This document shows positions 25,102 through 32,000 of a stretch of DNA of 32,000 bases, in pieces. The position numbers were made by a program, and so were the translations under genes. How positions within the stretch are numbered: the first letter of the stretch is position 1; the number at the start of each line of letters is the position of its first letter. This stretch comes from Methanothermobacter thermautotrophicus str. Delta H (GTDB taxonomy: Archaea > Methanobacteriota > Methanobacteria > Methanobacteriales > Methanothermobacteraceae), in contig NC_000916.1 of assembly GCF_000008645.1 (NCBI RefSeq), positions 120,001 through 152,000 of the forward strand, read 5' to 3'. The notes below the pieces were generated by a model. It ran no database searches. It was not told the DNA's origin and worked only from the letters and a program-made list of their open reading frames with translations.

Positions 25102-26379
25102 TTATTTGGATGATTCCAGTACATCCAGAAGGGCGTGTGAGATGTCCCTGAAACTGTAACCCTCACCAGCAAGGCTCTCAAGGATTTCAGAGTCACTGTA
25201 AGTCTTTGATTCCAGGTTCCTCCTGAGGATCTCCCTGAGGTCCATCTCATATCCCCTCCTTATCTCCTCAGGGGAGGGCATGTTGCTCTGCTTTATCCTC
25301 TTACCTGTGAATGACTGGATCCTTCTCAGGCGGTGAACCTCACTTCCAACGACGAGGGTGAAGGACTTCCCGCTTGAACCGGCTCGCCCTGTACGGCCTA
25401 TACGGTGAACGTAGTACTCGTTCTCAAAGGGCAGGTCATAGTTCACAACGGCCTCGACATCGGGTACGTGAATACCACGGGCAGCAACATCCGTTGCAAC
25501 AAGGAGACTGAAATCTCCCCTTCTGAATCTCTCCATGACACGCTCACGCTTTGACTGTGAAAGATCACCGTGGATCTCATCTGCAGAGTAACCCATACGG
25601 TTCAGCTGCCTTCTCAACCTCTGGACCCTTCTCTTGGTGTTACAGAATATGAGTCCCATCCTGATATTGTTTGATGAGAGTATCCAGTCGAGGAGCTCAA
25701 CCTTATCCTCCTCCCTGGTTTTGAAGTAGAACTCATCTATCTTGGGGCTGTGCTTCTTCTCCACACGCATAACCTGGGGGTTCCTCATGTACTTCCTTGC
25801 AATCCTGAGTATGGGCTTTGAAACCGTTGCAGAGAAGAGCATGGTCTGCCTTCTCTCAGGTACATGGGATAGTATACGCTCTATGTCATCAATGAATCCC
25901 ATGTTCAGCATTTCATCTGCCTCATCAAGGACAACGGTGGATATACCTCCCAGATCAACGGTCCCCCTCTCGATGTGGTCTATCAGTCTACCAGGGGTTG
26001 CAACGATGACATGAACCCCCCTCCTTAGCTGTGCTATCTGGTTACCGATACTCTGACCACCATAGACCGCGAGGACCTTCACCTTCATGTATTTACCTAT
26101 CCTCTTGATCTCCTCTGAGACCTGGAGACAGAGCTCGCGTGTCGGACAGATTATGAGGGCCTGGGGCACCCTCTCGGCTTCAAGGTTCTCAAGTACGGGT
26201 ATGGCGAATGCAGCTGTTTTTCCGGTCCCTGTCTGGGCCTCACCAACAACGTCCATACCGTCAAGTGTAACAGGTAGTGTAAGTGCCTGGATTGGAGTTG
26301 TGCTCTCAAATCCCATATCATCAAGGGCCCTGTTTATATCCCCTGAGATATCAAACTCACTAAATTCTAATCCTTTCAT
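25102..26379 (-). CDS. DEAD-box ATP-dependent RNA helicase
   Basis: Q-motif context 'FESTTPIQ', 'AQTGTGKT', 'PTRELC', 'VLDEADEM', 'SAT', 'HRIGRTGRAG'. RBS AAGGAAG. Confidence 0.93.
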   Translation of the reverse strand: MKGLEFSEFDISGDINRALDDMGFESTTPIQALTLPVTLDGMDVVGEAQTGTGKTAAFAIPVLENLEAERVPQALIICPTRELCLQVSEEIKRIGKYMKVKVLAVYGGQSIGNQIAQLRRGVHVIVATPGRLIDHIERGTVDLGGISTVVLDEADEMLNMGFIDDIERILSHVPERRQTMLFSATVSKPILRIARKYMRNPQVMRVEKKHSPKIDEFYFKTREEDKVELLDWILSSNNIRMGLIFCNTKRRVQRLRRQLNRMGYSADEIHGDLSQSKRERVMERFRRGDFSLLVATDVAARGIHVPDVEAVVNYDLPFENEYYVHRIGRTGRAGSSGKSFTLVVGSEVHRLRRIQSFTGKRIKQSNMPSPEEIRRGYEMDLREILRRNLESKTYSDSEILESLAGEGYSFRDISHALLDVLESSK

Positions 26380-26521
26380 TTTATCTTCCTTAGATTCTTA
26401 AAAATCGATTTATCAATTATCAGCTGCCATCTGGCAGACCATTTTCAAACTGGAAGTTCAGGATTCTGCCAGGCACAGATAATTAAAAATCAGTACACAG
26501 CTACTCTATTGTACCCGGGAG

Positions 26522-26529
26522 TATTTAAA
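26522..26529 (-). promoter_or_regulatory. TATA-box-like TTTAAATA (minus strand) ~145 nt upstream of the helicase ATG
   Basis: The plus strand reads gTATTTAAAc. An A-rich BRE-like stretch lies upstream on the minus strand. This would give a 5' UTR of roughly 115-120 nt. The element is nearly palindromic, so its orientation is ambiguous. Confidence 0.35.
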
Positions 26530-26563
26530 CTGTTGGTTTTTTCATCCGTGAGGTGTTCCTGGA

Positions 26564-26689
26564 GTTGTCTGGGTGGTGTATTCTTTTGTTTGTGGTGTTT
26601 TTTGGGGCTGGTCGCTGTTGTCTGGGTGGTGTATTCTTTTGTTTCCGGTGTTTTTGGCTGCTCTCGAGCGGTGCTGTATTCTTCTGTTT
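26564..26689. repeat. Tandem direct repeat, 53-nt period, 2 full copies plus 1 partial copy, strongly G+T-rich on the plus strand
   Basis: The 28-mer gttgtctgggtggtgtattcttttgttt is identical at 26564-26591 and 26617-26644. Both copies are followed by ggtg-T5/6-gg-ctg. A degenerate third copy, gtgctgtattcttctgttt, lies at 26671-26689. Confidence 0.85.
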
Positions 26690-26693
26690 CTCT

Positions 26694-27710
26694 TTAGACC
26701 ACCCGGGGTATCCGGTCATCCAGGAGGGGCCTGATCACCCGTAGTGGTGTTACTATCATGTTTATCATCTCATCATGCTCCTCAACCGGGACCCTCCTTA
26801 TTATCTGGAGTTCATCAACGGTTGTTGCAAGGGGTGTATCCTCATCTATTGCACCCTGACCCCTGAGTTCAGATATCTCCCTGTCACCGTAGCCTCCACC
26901 CTTACCGAGACGGTTTCCCTGAAGGTCAACAGCCACGGATCCCTCCACAACAAGGTCAACCTGAGGGAACTCCCTGATGGGTGAACCGTACATGTAGGCA
27001 CCCCCTATCGTTGACGCGGCTTCAGCATCAGGTACATCACCCCCTATGAGGAGGTAGCCATCCTTTATCTTTGGGGTGGGCATTATGAGGTCCTTCCCGG
27101 CCTCAAGCACAAGTCTTCTAACCGGGCTCTGGGCCGAGTCAGGGGAGCAGAACACTACACCAGCCCTCTCCCATTCAACTGTCCTCGAAAGCCGCTTCGC
27201 AGCATCAAAAGAACCCTTAAAGTCTGGTATTCGTCCATGGGGCCTCTTACTGACACCCTTCTCCACGAGGAGATCCCAGATGTGGTACTCAACCAAGCGT
27301 TCTCCTCCATCATCGACCTTCCTGGTCCTGATGACACGTGTCCTGGCAATGGCATCAAGGATCCTTAAATGCCCCAGCGGGTAACCCACCAGGAGATCCA
27401 CTGCCAGGGGAAGCCAGAGCACCTTTGAAAGGTTCGTCAGAATCACCTGCCAGGGCTGAAGATCACCCTCCGCTGAGACAACCATAAGGCCCTGCATCCT
27501 CTTACCAGGGGTTCCGCCATGATATTCCAGGTAGCTGAAGTATATAAGTGTTATTAATGCAAGGAGGGGCAGCCAGTAGCTGTAGATGCTGAACAGGTTA
27601 AGGAGCAGCACGGCAGGGTAGACAGCCACCGTGAGGATGTACATTATTGCGGTGACAATCAGAAAGTCCACGATGAATGCATATAACCTCTCTTTCCATA
27701 ACTCAACCAT
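26694..27710 (-). CDS. Fusion protein: N-terminal RDD-family membrane domain + C-terminal 5-formyltetrahydrofolate cyclo-ligase-family domain
   Basis: Strong RBS AAGGAGGGG. N-terminal TM helices with 'GGTPGKRMQGLMVV' (RDD-family-like). The C-terminal half has 'GVVFCSPDSAQ', 'LIMPTPKI' and 'RLGKGGGYGDRE' (the GKGGGYYD-type motif of the MTHFS family). Confidence 0.7.
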   Translation of the reverse strand: MVELWKERLYAFIVDFLIVTAIMYILTVAVYPAVLLLNLFSIYSYWLPLLALITLIYFSYLEYHGGTPGKRMQGLMVVSAEGDLQPWQVILTNLSKVLWLPLAVDLLVGYPLGHLRILDAIARTRVIRTRKVDDGGERLVEYHIWDLLVEKGVSKRPHGRIPDFKGSFDAAKRLSRTVEWERAGVVFCSPDSAQSPVRRLVLEAGKDLIMPTPKIKDGYLLIGGDVPDAEAASTIGGAYMYGSPIREFPQVDLVVEGSVAVDLQGNRLGKGGGYGDREISELRGQGAIDEDTPLATTVDELQIIRRVPVEEHDEMINMIVTPLRVIRPLLDDRIPRVV

Positions 27711-27731
27711 ATCACCCCTCCTTCAGGGCCT

Positions 27732-28742
27732 TCAACACACCCTCGGGACAGGATCAGCCACAGGGGCCTCAAGTATCCTTCTTCCCCCAAGGCTGGTCTC
27801 AAGGATCACATGTTTATCATCTGTTACCTCACCTATTATCCGGGCCTCCTCACCGTAGGGGGCACTCCTAACAGCAGCCAGGACGTCCTCGGCGTATTCC
27901 GGGTCCACGCCGATGATAACCTTGCCCTCATTTGCAACCTCATAGGGGTCTATTCCAAGCATCTCGGAGACGGCCTTCACCTCCTCCCGTACGGGTATGC
28001 TGTCCTCATCCAGGACCATACCCACACCTGATTTATCAGCCATCTCATTGAGGGCATTGGCTATACCGCCCCTGGTGGGGTCCTTCATTGCTGTAACACC
28101 CCCCACGTTCAGGGCTGCCTCCACTATACCCCAGACAGGGGCCACATCTGATTCGAGGTCTGTGTCGAATCCGAATCCCTCACGGAATGCCATGAGGGCC
28201 ATCCCATGGTCCCCGACACTCCCGGTCAGTATGATCTTATCACCGGGCCTCAGTCCGGAGTCCCTGACTGTTTCACCACGCCCAACGACACCTATACCTG
28301 TGGTTGTTATGACCATCCTGTCAAGTTTTCCCTGTTCCATGACCTTGGTGTCGCCTGTGACAATGGACACGCCGGTCTCCCTTGAAACTGCGTCCATGGA
28401 CTTTATGATCCTCTCAAGGTCCTCCCCAGGGAATCCCTCACTTATTATCATTGCATTTGCAATTGCAAGGGGCCTTGCCCCCATGACAGATATATCATTG
28501 ACGGTACCTGCAACGGCTATCCTGCCTATGTCCCCTCCCGGGAAGAAGAGGGGGTCAATGGTGTGACCATCCGTACTGATAACGATCTCATAGTCCCCAA
28601 GGGGTATGCTTGCACCGTCGTCGAGGTCCTCGAGGCCAACTCCGCCGTTAACCCTCGTGTTATGGATGTTTGATAGTATTATATCTGATATAAGGTCCTG
28701 CATCACTTCTCCGCCTGCACCATGGGACATGCCGATTTTCAT
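27732..28742 (-). CDS. hypE: Hydrogenase maturation protein HypE
   Basis: ATG 28742 is preceded by AAGGTGA; the 40 upstream codons of the ORF-track call have no support. 'MSHGAGGEVM', AIR-synthase-like fold motifs 'ISTDGHTIDPLFFPGGDIG' and 'VTGDTKV', and the characteristic C-terminal 'PRVC'. Confidence 0.92.
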   Translation of the reverse strand: MKIGMSHGAGGEVMQDLISDIILSNIHNTRVNGGVGLEDLDDGASIPLGDYEIVISTDGHTIDPLFFPGGDIGRIAVAGTVNDISVMGARPLAIANAMIISEGFPGEDLERIIKSMDAVSRETGVSIVTGDTKVMEQGKLDRMVITTTGIGVVGRGETVRDSGLRPGDKIILTGSVGDHGMALMAFREGFGFDTDLESDVAPVWGIVEAALNVGGVTAMKDPTRGGIANALNEMADKSGVGMVLDEDSIPVREEVKAVSEMLGIDPYEVANEGKVIIGVDPEYAEDVLAAVRSAPYGEEARIIGEVTDDKHVILETSLGGRRILEAPVADPVPRVC

Positions 28743-29026
28743 AGATTCACCTTGCATAATCTCTTGCCTATAGGGTATCTTGCTGATTGTATAAAACCTT
28801 TCACGGACCTCTGTCTGGATTTTATCTGTGTCTGAGAAGCCAGGATATGTATGGATGAACACCCTGATCTGGGGGAATGCATTTATCTGTGACCGGGAAA
28901 ATTAATTACTGTGGCTGCAATCCACTTAAAAAGTGGGAGTGGTACTGCCTTCCGGGCGCGGCCAGGTTTATCTTCCAGCATGATCCTGTGAAGCACAATC
29001 TTTTTAAATGGTGCGGCCCATACTAT

Positions 29027-29040
29027 AGATAAATTTATCT
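29027..29040. promoter_or_regulatory. Perfect 14-nt AT-rich palindrome AGATAAATTTATCT in the hypE / rps8e divergent intergenic region
   Basis: Read directly. It lies ~70 nt upstream of the rps8e ATG. It could be a TATA element, a regulator site, or both. A second TATA-like TTTTTAAA lies at 29001-29008. Confidence 0.35.
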
Positions 29041-29042
29041 GT

Positions 29043-29074
29043 ACTGAGTCACTAAGTTTCTTAAACTCAGTTTT
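29043..29074 (+). other. Hairpin followed by T4 in the putative rps8e leader
   Basis: ACTGAGT (29043-29049) pairs with ACTCAGT (29065-29071). An inner TAAG/CTTA stem has a TTT loop. TTTT lies at 29071-29074. The RBS GAGGTGA follows at ~29097. Confidence 0.35.
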
Positions 29075-29107
29075 ACTGATTCTTGTATGAATGATTGAGG
29101 TGAAATA

Positions 29108-29491
29108 ATGGCAATCTGGCAAGGTAAATCAATGAAAAAACCCAGTGGCGGAAGAGCCAAGATGAATCGTGGTAAAAGGAAGTACGAACTTGGAAGGGAG
29201 CCTGCTGAGACAAAGATCGGTGACAGGCGTGTAAGGCTGATAAGGACACGCGGAGGTAACACCAAGGTCAGGCTCGCTTCAGATACAAGGATAAACGTTG
29301 TTGACCCTGAAACCGGTAAGGTTGAAATTGCAGAGATAAGGAACGTTGTTGAGAACACAGCGAACCCCCACTTCGTAAGGAGGAACATCATAACCAGGGG
29401 TGCTGTCGTTGAGACAAACCTCGGGAACGTCAGGGTCACATCAAGGCCAGGTCAGGACGGTGTCATAAACGGAGTCCTGATCAGGGAATAA
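29108..29491 (+). CDS. rps8e: 30S ribosomal protein S8e
   Basis: '[16 protein letters not shown]...[16 protein letters not shown]...[11 protein letters not shown]...[18 protein letters not shown]'. Confidence 0.93.
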   Translation: MAIWQGKSMKKPSGGRAKMNRGKRKYELGREPAETKIGDRRVRLIRTRGGNTKVRLASDTRINVVDPETGKVEIAEIRNVVENTANPHFVRRNIITRGAVVETNLGNVRVTSRPGQDGVINGVLIRE

Positions 29492-29509
29492 AAGGATTGA
29501 ACCCCAGCG

Positions 29510-30181
29510 GTGTCCCAGTTGTCTAAGGTGGAGGATGAGATACTCTCCCAGGTGAAAAGGTTCCTGAAACACATAAACAGTAACCTCCCTGAGGGTATGG
29601 AACTGGAATTTGAGGGCTTCTACCGCAGGGGCTTTTTCGTAACAAAGAAGCGATACGCCCTCATAGAGGATGACACAATAGTTGCAAAGGGTCTTGAACT
29701 TGTAAGGCGTGACTGGGCACCAATAGCTAAAAAAACCCAGCGAAAGGTTCTTATGGCCATCCTCCGCGATGGATCTCCTGAGAAGGCAAGGGAGATAATA
29801 AGGGAAGTCGTGGGGCGCATAAGACGGGGTGACGTGGAACTCGATGACCTGGTGATACACACCCAGATCACAAGGGACCTCTCTGAGTACAAACAGATAG
29901 GTCCCCATGTCATCGCTGCAAAGAGATCCCTGGAGAAGGGAAGGCGTGTTGAGAGGGGCTCCATAGTTAGATACATCATCGTGAAGGGAAGGGGCCCCAT
30001 AAGTCAGAGGGCCTTCCCGGTTGAGGACGCAGAAGGCATGGGATACGACCCCGACTATTACATTGAAAACCAGGTGATGGCTGCGGTATCACGCATAATG
30101 TCATCCCTGGGTTACTCCACAGAGGATATGAATTCGTTATCCTCGGGTGAAAGGCAGAGCAGCCTCGACGCGTTCTTTTAA
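29510..30181 (+). CDS. polB: Family B DNA polymerase, stand-alone C-terminal (post-motif-C palm/thumb) fragment
   Basis: GTG start. '[19 protein letters not shown]' (K-x-Y region), '[21 protein letters not shown]', '[10 protein letters not shown]', '[14 protein letters not shown]'. No exonuclease motif, motif A/B or DTD motif is present in this ORF or upstream of it. Confidence 0.85.
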
Positions 30182-30344
30182 TTGGCTGAAGGCTTTCTTT
30201 TAACACTTTTCGTTATTTCTAATCAGCTGGAAGCTATCCTTTGTTTTAAGACACCATCTCCATGATTTCCGCATCCCACAGTTAAACCAACAATGTTATA
30301 ATTGATTAGTTATAGAGTTTCATTACAGAGAAATAGGTGGGACG

Positions 30345-31025
30345 ATGCTGAAGGCGGTTTTCTTTGATATTGATGATACTCTCTATGACACCTCAGGATT
30401 TGCTAAACTTGCAAGAAAGGCTGCTCTGAACGTCATGATAGACGCAGGTCTCCCATTAACACAGGAGGAGGCCTACAAGCTTCTCAGGGAGATAATATCC
30501 GAGAAAGGATCAAACTATGACAGGCATTTCAATGTCCTGACAAAGACGGTTTTCGGTGAGGAGAAACCACTGCTCATTGCCCTTGGAATGATAACATACC
30601 ACAACGTCAAGTTCGCCCTCCTGAGACCATTCCCCAACACCACATCCACACTCATTGACCTCAAGAGTAAGGGGTACAGGCTTGGGGTCATCTCAAACGG
30701 CATAACGATAAAGCAGTGGGAGAAGCTCATAAGACTCGGCATCCACCACTTCTTCGATGAGGTCGTCACCTCAGACGAGGTCGGCTTCGAAAAACCCAAC
30801 ATAAGGATCTTTGAGGAGGCCCTCAGGAGGATGGGCTGCAAACCCGAAAGATCAGTGATGGTTGGTAACAAGTTCAATGAGGACATACTGGGAGCCACAA
30901 ATGCGGGTATGTCAGCCATACTGGTCAACTCAGAGTTAACGGAGGCAGAAAGGGATCACGTTGAGAAGAACGGTCTTGATGTTACGGTCATAGATGATAT
31001 CAGTCAGCTTAAGGAGATCCTTTAG
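30345..31025 (+). CDS. HAD-superfamily hydrolase (subfamily IA-like phosphatase)
   Basis: RBS AGGTGGG. 'VFFDIDDTLYD' (DxDxT), 'GVISNG', 'KPNIRIFEEAL', 'MVGNKFNEDILGATNAGM'. Confidence 0.85.
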   Translation: MLKAVFFDIDDTLYDTSGFAKLARKAALNVMIDAGLPLTQEEAYKLLREIISEKGSNYDRHFNVLTKTVFGEEKPLLIALGMITYHNVKFALLRPFPNTTSTLIDLKSKGYRLGVISNGITIKQWEKLIRLGIHHFFDEVVTSDEVGFEKPNIRIFEEALRRMGCKPERSVMVGNKFNEDILGATNAGMSAILVNSELTEAERDHVEKNGLDVTVIDDISQLKEIL

Positions 31026-31125
31026 TTTTCATGTAAGGAGGGATTTCAGCGGGCCTTCCCCGTTCCCATGAAATCTCTCATCCACGGGGGATGAACATGA
31101 TGGACATCGATAAGGGGGATGAATT

Positions 31126-32000
31126 ATGAACTGCGAAGCCTACTACCACGATGAGAACATGGTTGAAATCTTTGAGGAACTGAAACAGCCAAAGACGCTG
31201 GAAGAGCTGGGGTTATCCTATTTCTTCGTAAGGGACCTTATACTGAAGATAATGTTAACCTACGGGACCGTTAAAACCCAGAGAATGACGGATATAACGG
31301 GCATACACCTTGATATACTTGAAGAGATCCTGGGTCAGATGGAGAAGGACGGATTCTGCGCCCAGGTTGGGGGCAGTTTCCTGTTTTCCAGTGTCGAATA
31401 CACCCTCACAAGGAGGGGTGTTGAGAAGGCCCGCCTTGTAATGGAGGAAAACCCCTACATAGGGATAGCTCCGGTGCCCTATGAGAGATACTTTGAGCTG
31501 ATGGATAAGCAGCTGAGTAACCGTTTCCCCATCAGGATACCTGATGAGGTTATTGAAAAGACCTTCAGGGATGTGGTGGGACTATCCTATGCAAAGGAGT
31601 GTCTCGTGGAGTCCTGCACAATAGGTAAGGGGCTCTTTGTCTATGGAGCTCCCGGTACAGGTAAGACATTCATAATAAGCAAGGCCTCCGACCTCCTGCC
31701 TCCCCTCGTGATCCCCCGCTTCATAGAGTTCAGCGGAAGGGTTATACAGATCTATGACCCTGACTTCCACAGGCCATGCCCTGAAGAACCCGAAGACCCC
31801 AGATGGATAAAGATACACGCCCCATTCGTTTTCACGGGCTCAGAATTAAGTTTAAATGAACTGGAGACAACCTACAACATGAACAAGGGGGTCTATGAGA
31901 CCTCACCCATCATAAAGGCCAATGGTGGAGTCCTTCTCATAGATGACCTTGGAAGGCAGCGGGATGACCATGAGGTGATCCTCAACCGCCTCATCGTCCC
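31126..32000 (+). CDS. AAA+/P-loop ATPase with an N-terminal winged-helix-like region; 3' end lies outside the window
   Basis: ATG 31126 is preceded by AAGGGGGA. The frame is open to the window end and is absent from the ORF track because it has no stop. 'LFVYGAPGTGKTFI' (Walker A), 'VLLIDDLGRQ' (Walker B). N-terminal 'TQRMTDITGIHLDILEEILGQMEKDGF'. Confidence 0.75.
   Translation, partial: MNCEAYYHDENMVEIFEELKQPKTLEELGLSYFFVRDLILKIMLTYGTVKTQRMTDITGIHLDILEEILGQMEKDGFCAQVGGSFLFSSVEYTLTRRGVEKARLVMEENPYIGIAPVPYERYFELMDKQLSNRFPIRIPDEVIEKTFRDVVGLSYAKECLVESCTIGKGLFVYGAPGTGKTFIISKASDLLPPLVIPRFIEFSGRVIQIYDPDFHRPCPEEPEDPRWIKIHAPFVFTGSELSLNELETTYNMNKGVYETSPIIKANGGVLLIDDLGRQRDDHEVILNRLIV

Noticed and set aside
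26564-26689. Possible CRISPR array, given direct repeats with intervening sequence.
   Set aside because: There are only 2.5 copies. The 'spacers' (~25 nt) are themselves partly repeated. There is no leader or cas genes, and the repeat is not palindromic. It is better described as a simple tandem duplication.
26509-26744. Plus-strand ORFs 26509..26697 and 26553..26744 (Cys/Phe/Val/Gly-rich) and minus-strand ORF 26525..26719 over the tandem repeat. Also an in-frame open extension of 61 codons after the TAA of gene 26694..27710, which raised the question of stop-codon read-through.
   Set aside because: The extreme G+T (plus) / A+C (minus) composition removes stop codons in most frames, so open frames are expected by chance. 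The 53-nt repeat period is not a multiple of 3, and no RBS is present. No support for coding or read-through.
174-28566. Numerous long antisense or alternative-frame ORFs in the track, for example 174..461(-), 2753..3091(-), 3765..4145(-), 4365..4877(-), 4478..5269(-), 6933..7497(-), 8185..9120(-), 9931..10290(-), 12599..12955(-), 13744..14160(-), 14341..14772(-), 17756..18805(-), 20671..21117(+), 23813..24242, 24408..24725, 27997..28566(+).
   Set aside because: Each is fully embedded in a gene with clear family motifs on the other strand or frame. They lack RBS or promoter context and translate to low-complexity S/P/A/R/L-rich sequence, typical of shadow ORFs of purine-rich codon usage.
28883-29439. 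Minus-strand ORFs 28883..29122 and 29035..29439 in or near rps8e, and the small hairpin ccactt-aaa-aagtgg at 28922-28936.
   Set aside because: The ORFs are antisense shadows or intergenic with no signals. The hairpin is a 6-bp AT-rich stem without flanking context, which is insufficient evidence for function.
1-32000. Search by eye for tRNA, rRNA, RNase P/SRP RNA, IS elements, integrases, toxin-antitoxin pairs and cas genes.
   Set aside because: None recognised. The intergenic regions are short apart from those discussed. Small structured RNAs cannot be excluded without covariance-model searches (tRNAscan-SE or Infernal/Rfam).

Overview
The window reads as a core chromosomal stretch of a thermophilic methanogen of the Methanobacteriales. 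From memory, gene content and protein sequences look like Methanothermobacter thermautotrophicus; I could not verify this by search. Coding density is high, and I recognised no rRNA, tRNA, CRISPR array, transposase or integrase by eye.

Recognisable genes, in order:
- PAS/HisKA_2 sensor kinase (5' partial)
- MnmC-like methyltransferase
- archaeosine tRNA-guanine transglycosylase (tgtA), NAC (nac) and a metallophosphoesterase, translationally coupled
- an NYN-RNase-like gene coupled to a membrane-anchored cyclase/GGDD-like gene
- argJ and argB
- an isopropylmalate/homoisocitrate dehydrogenase-family gene (minus strand)
- TPR protein, HEAT-repeat protein, mdh, pdxT
- a four-gene split archaeal glutamate synthase cluster that includes an FrhB-like subunit
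- MFS transporter
- an AT-rich island carrying an archaeal ATPase/DUF234 gene
- CDGSH Fe-S protein
- a CbiM-like gene flanked by two secreted proteins
- DEAD-box helicase, an RDD + 5-formyl-THF-cyclo-ligase-like fusion, hypE
- rps8e, the stand-alone C-terminal piece of a split family-B DNA polymerase, a HAD hydrolase and a 3'-partial AAA+ ATPase

Several genes appear to start with TTG or GTG.

Most interesting observations:
1. The NYN nuclease / tandem cyclase-like (GGDD) membrane protein pair, a possible nucleotide-signalling module.
2. An 87-codon tract inside the dehydrogenase gene in which every degenerate codon ends in A or C.
3. A similarly plus-strand G+T-skewed tandem repeat in the 314-nt spacer upstream of the DEAD-box helicase.
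4. Two apparent frameshifts, one in the HEAT-repeat gene and one in the phosphoesterase.
5. An orphan CbiM-like cluster with a His-rich secreted protein.

All functional calls rest on motif recognition by eye. No database search, structure prediction or statistics were run.
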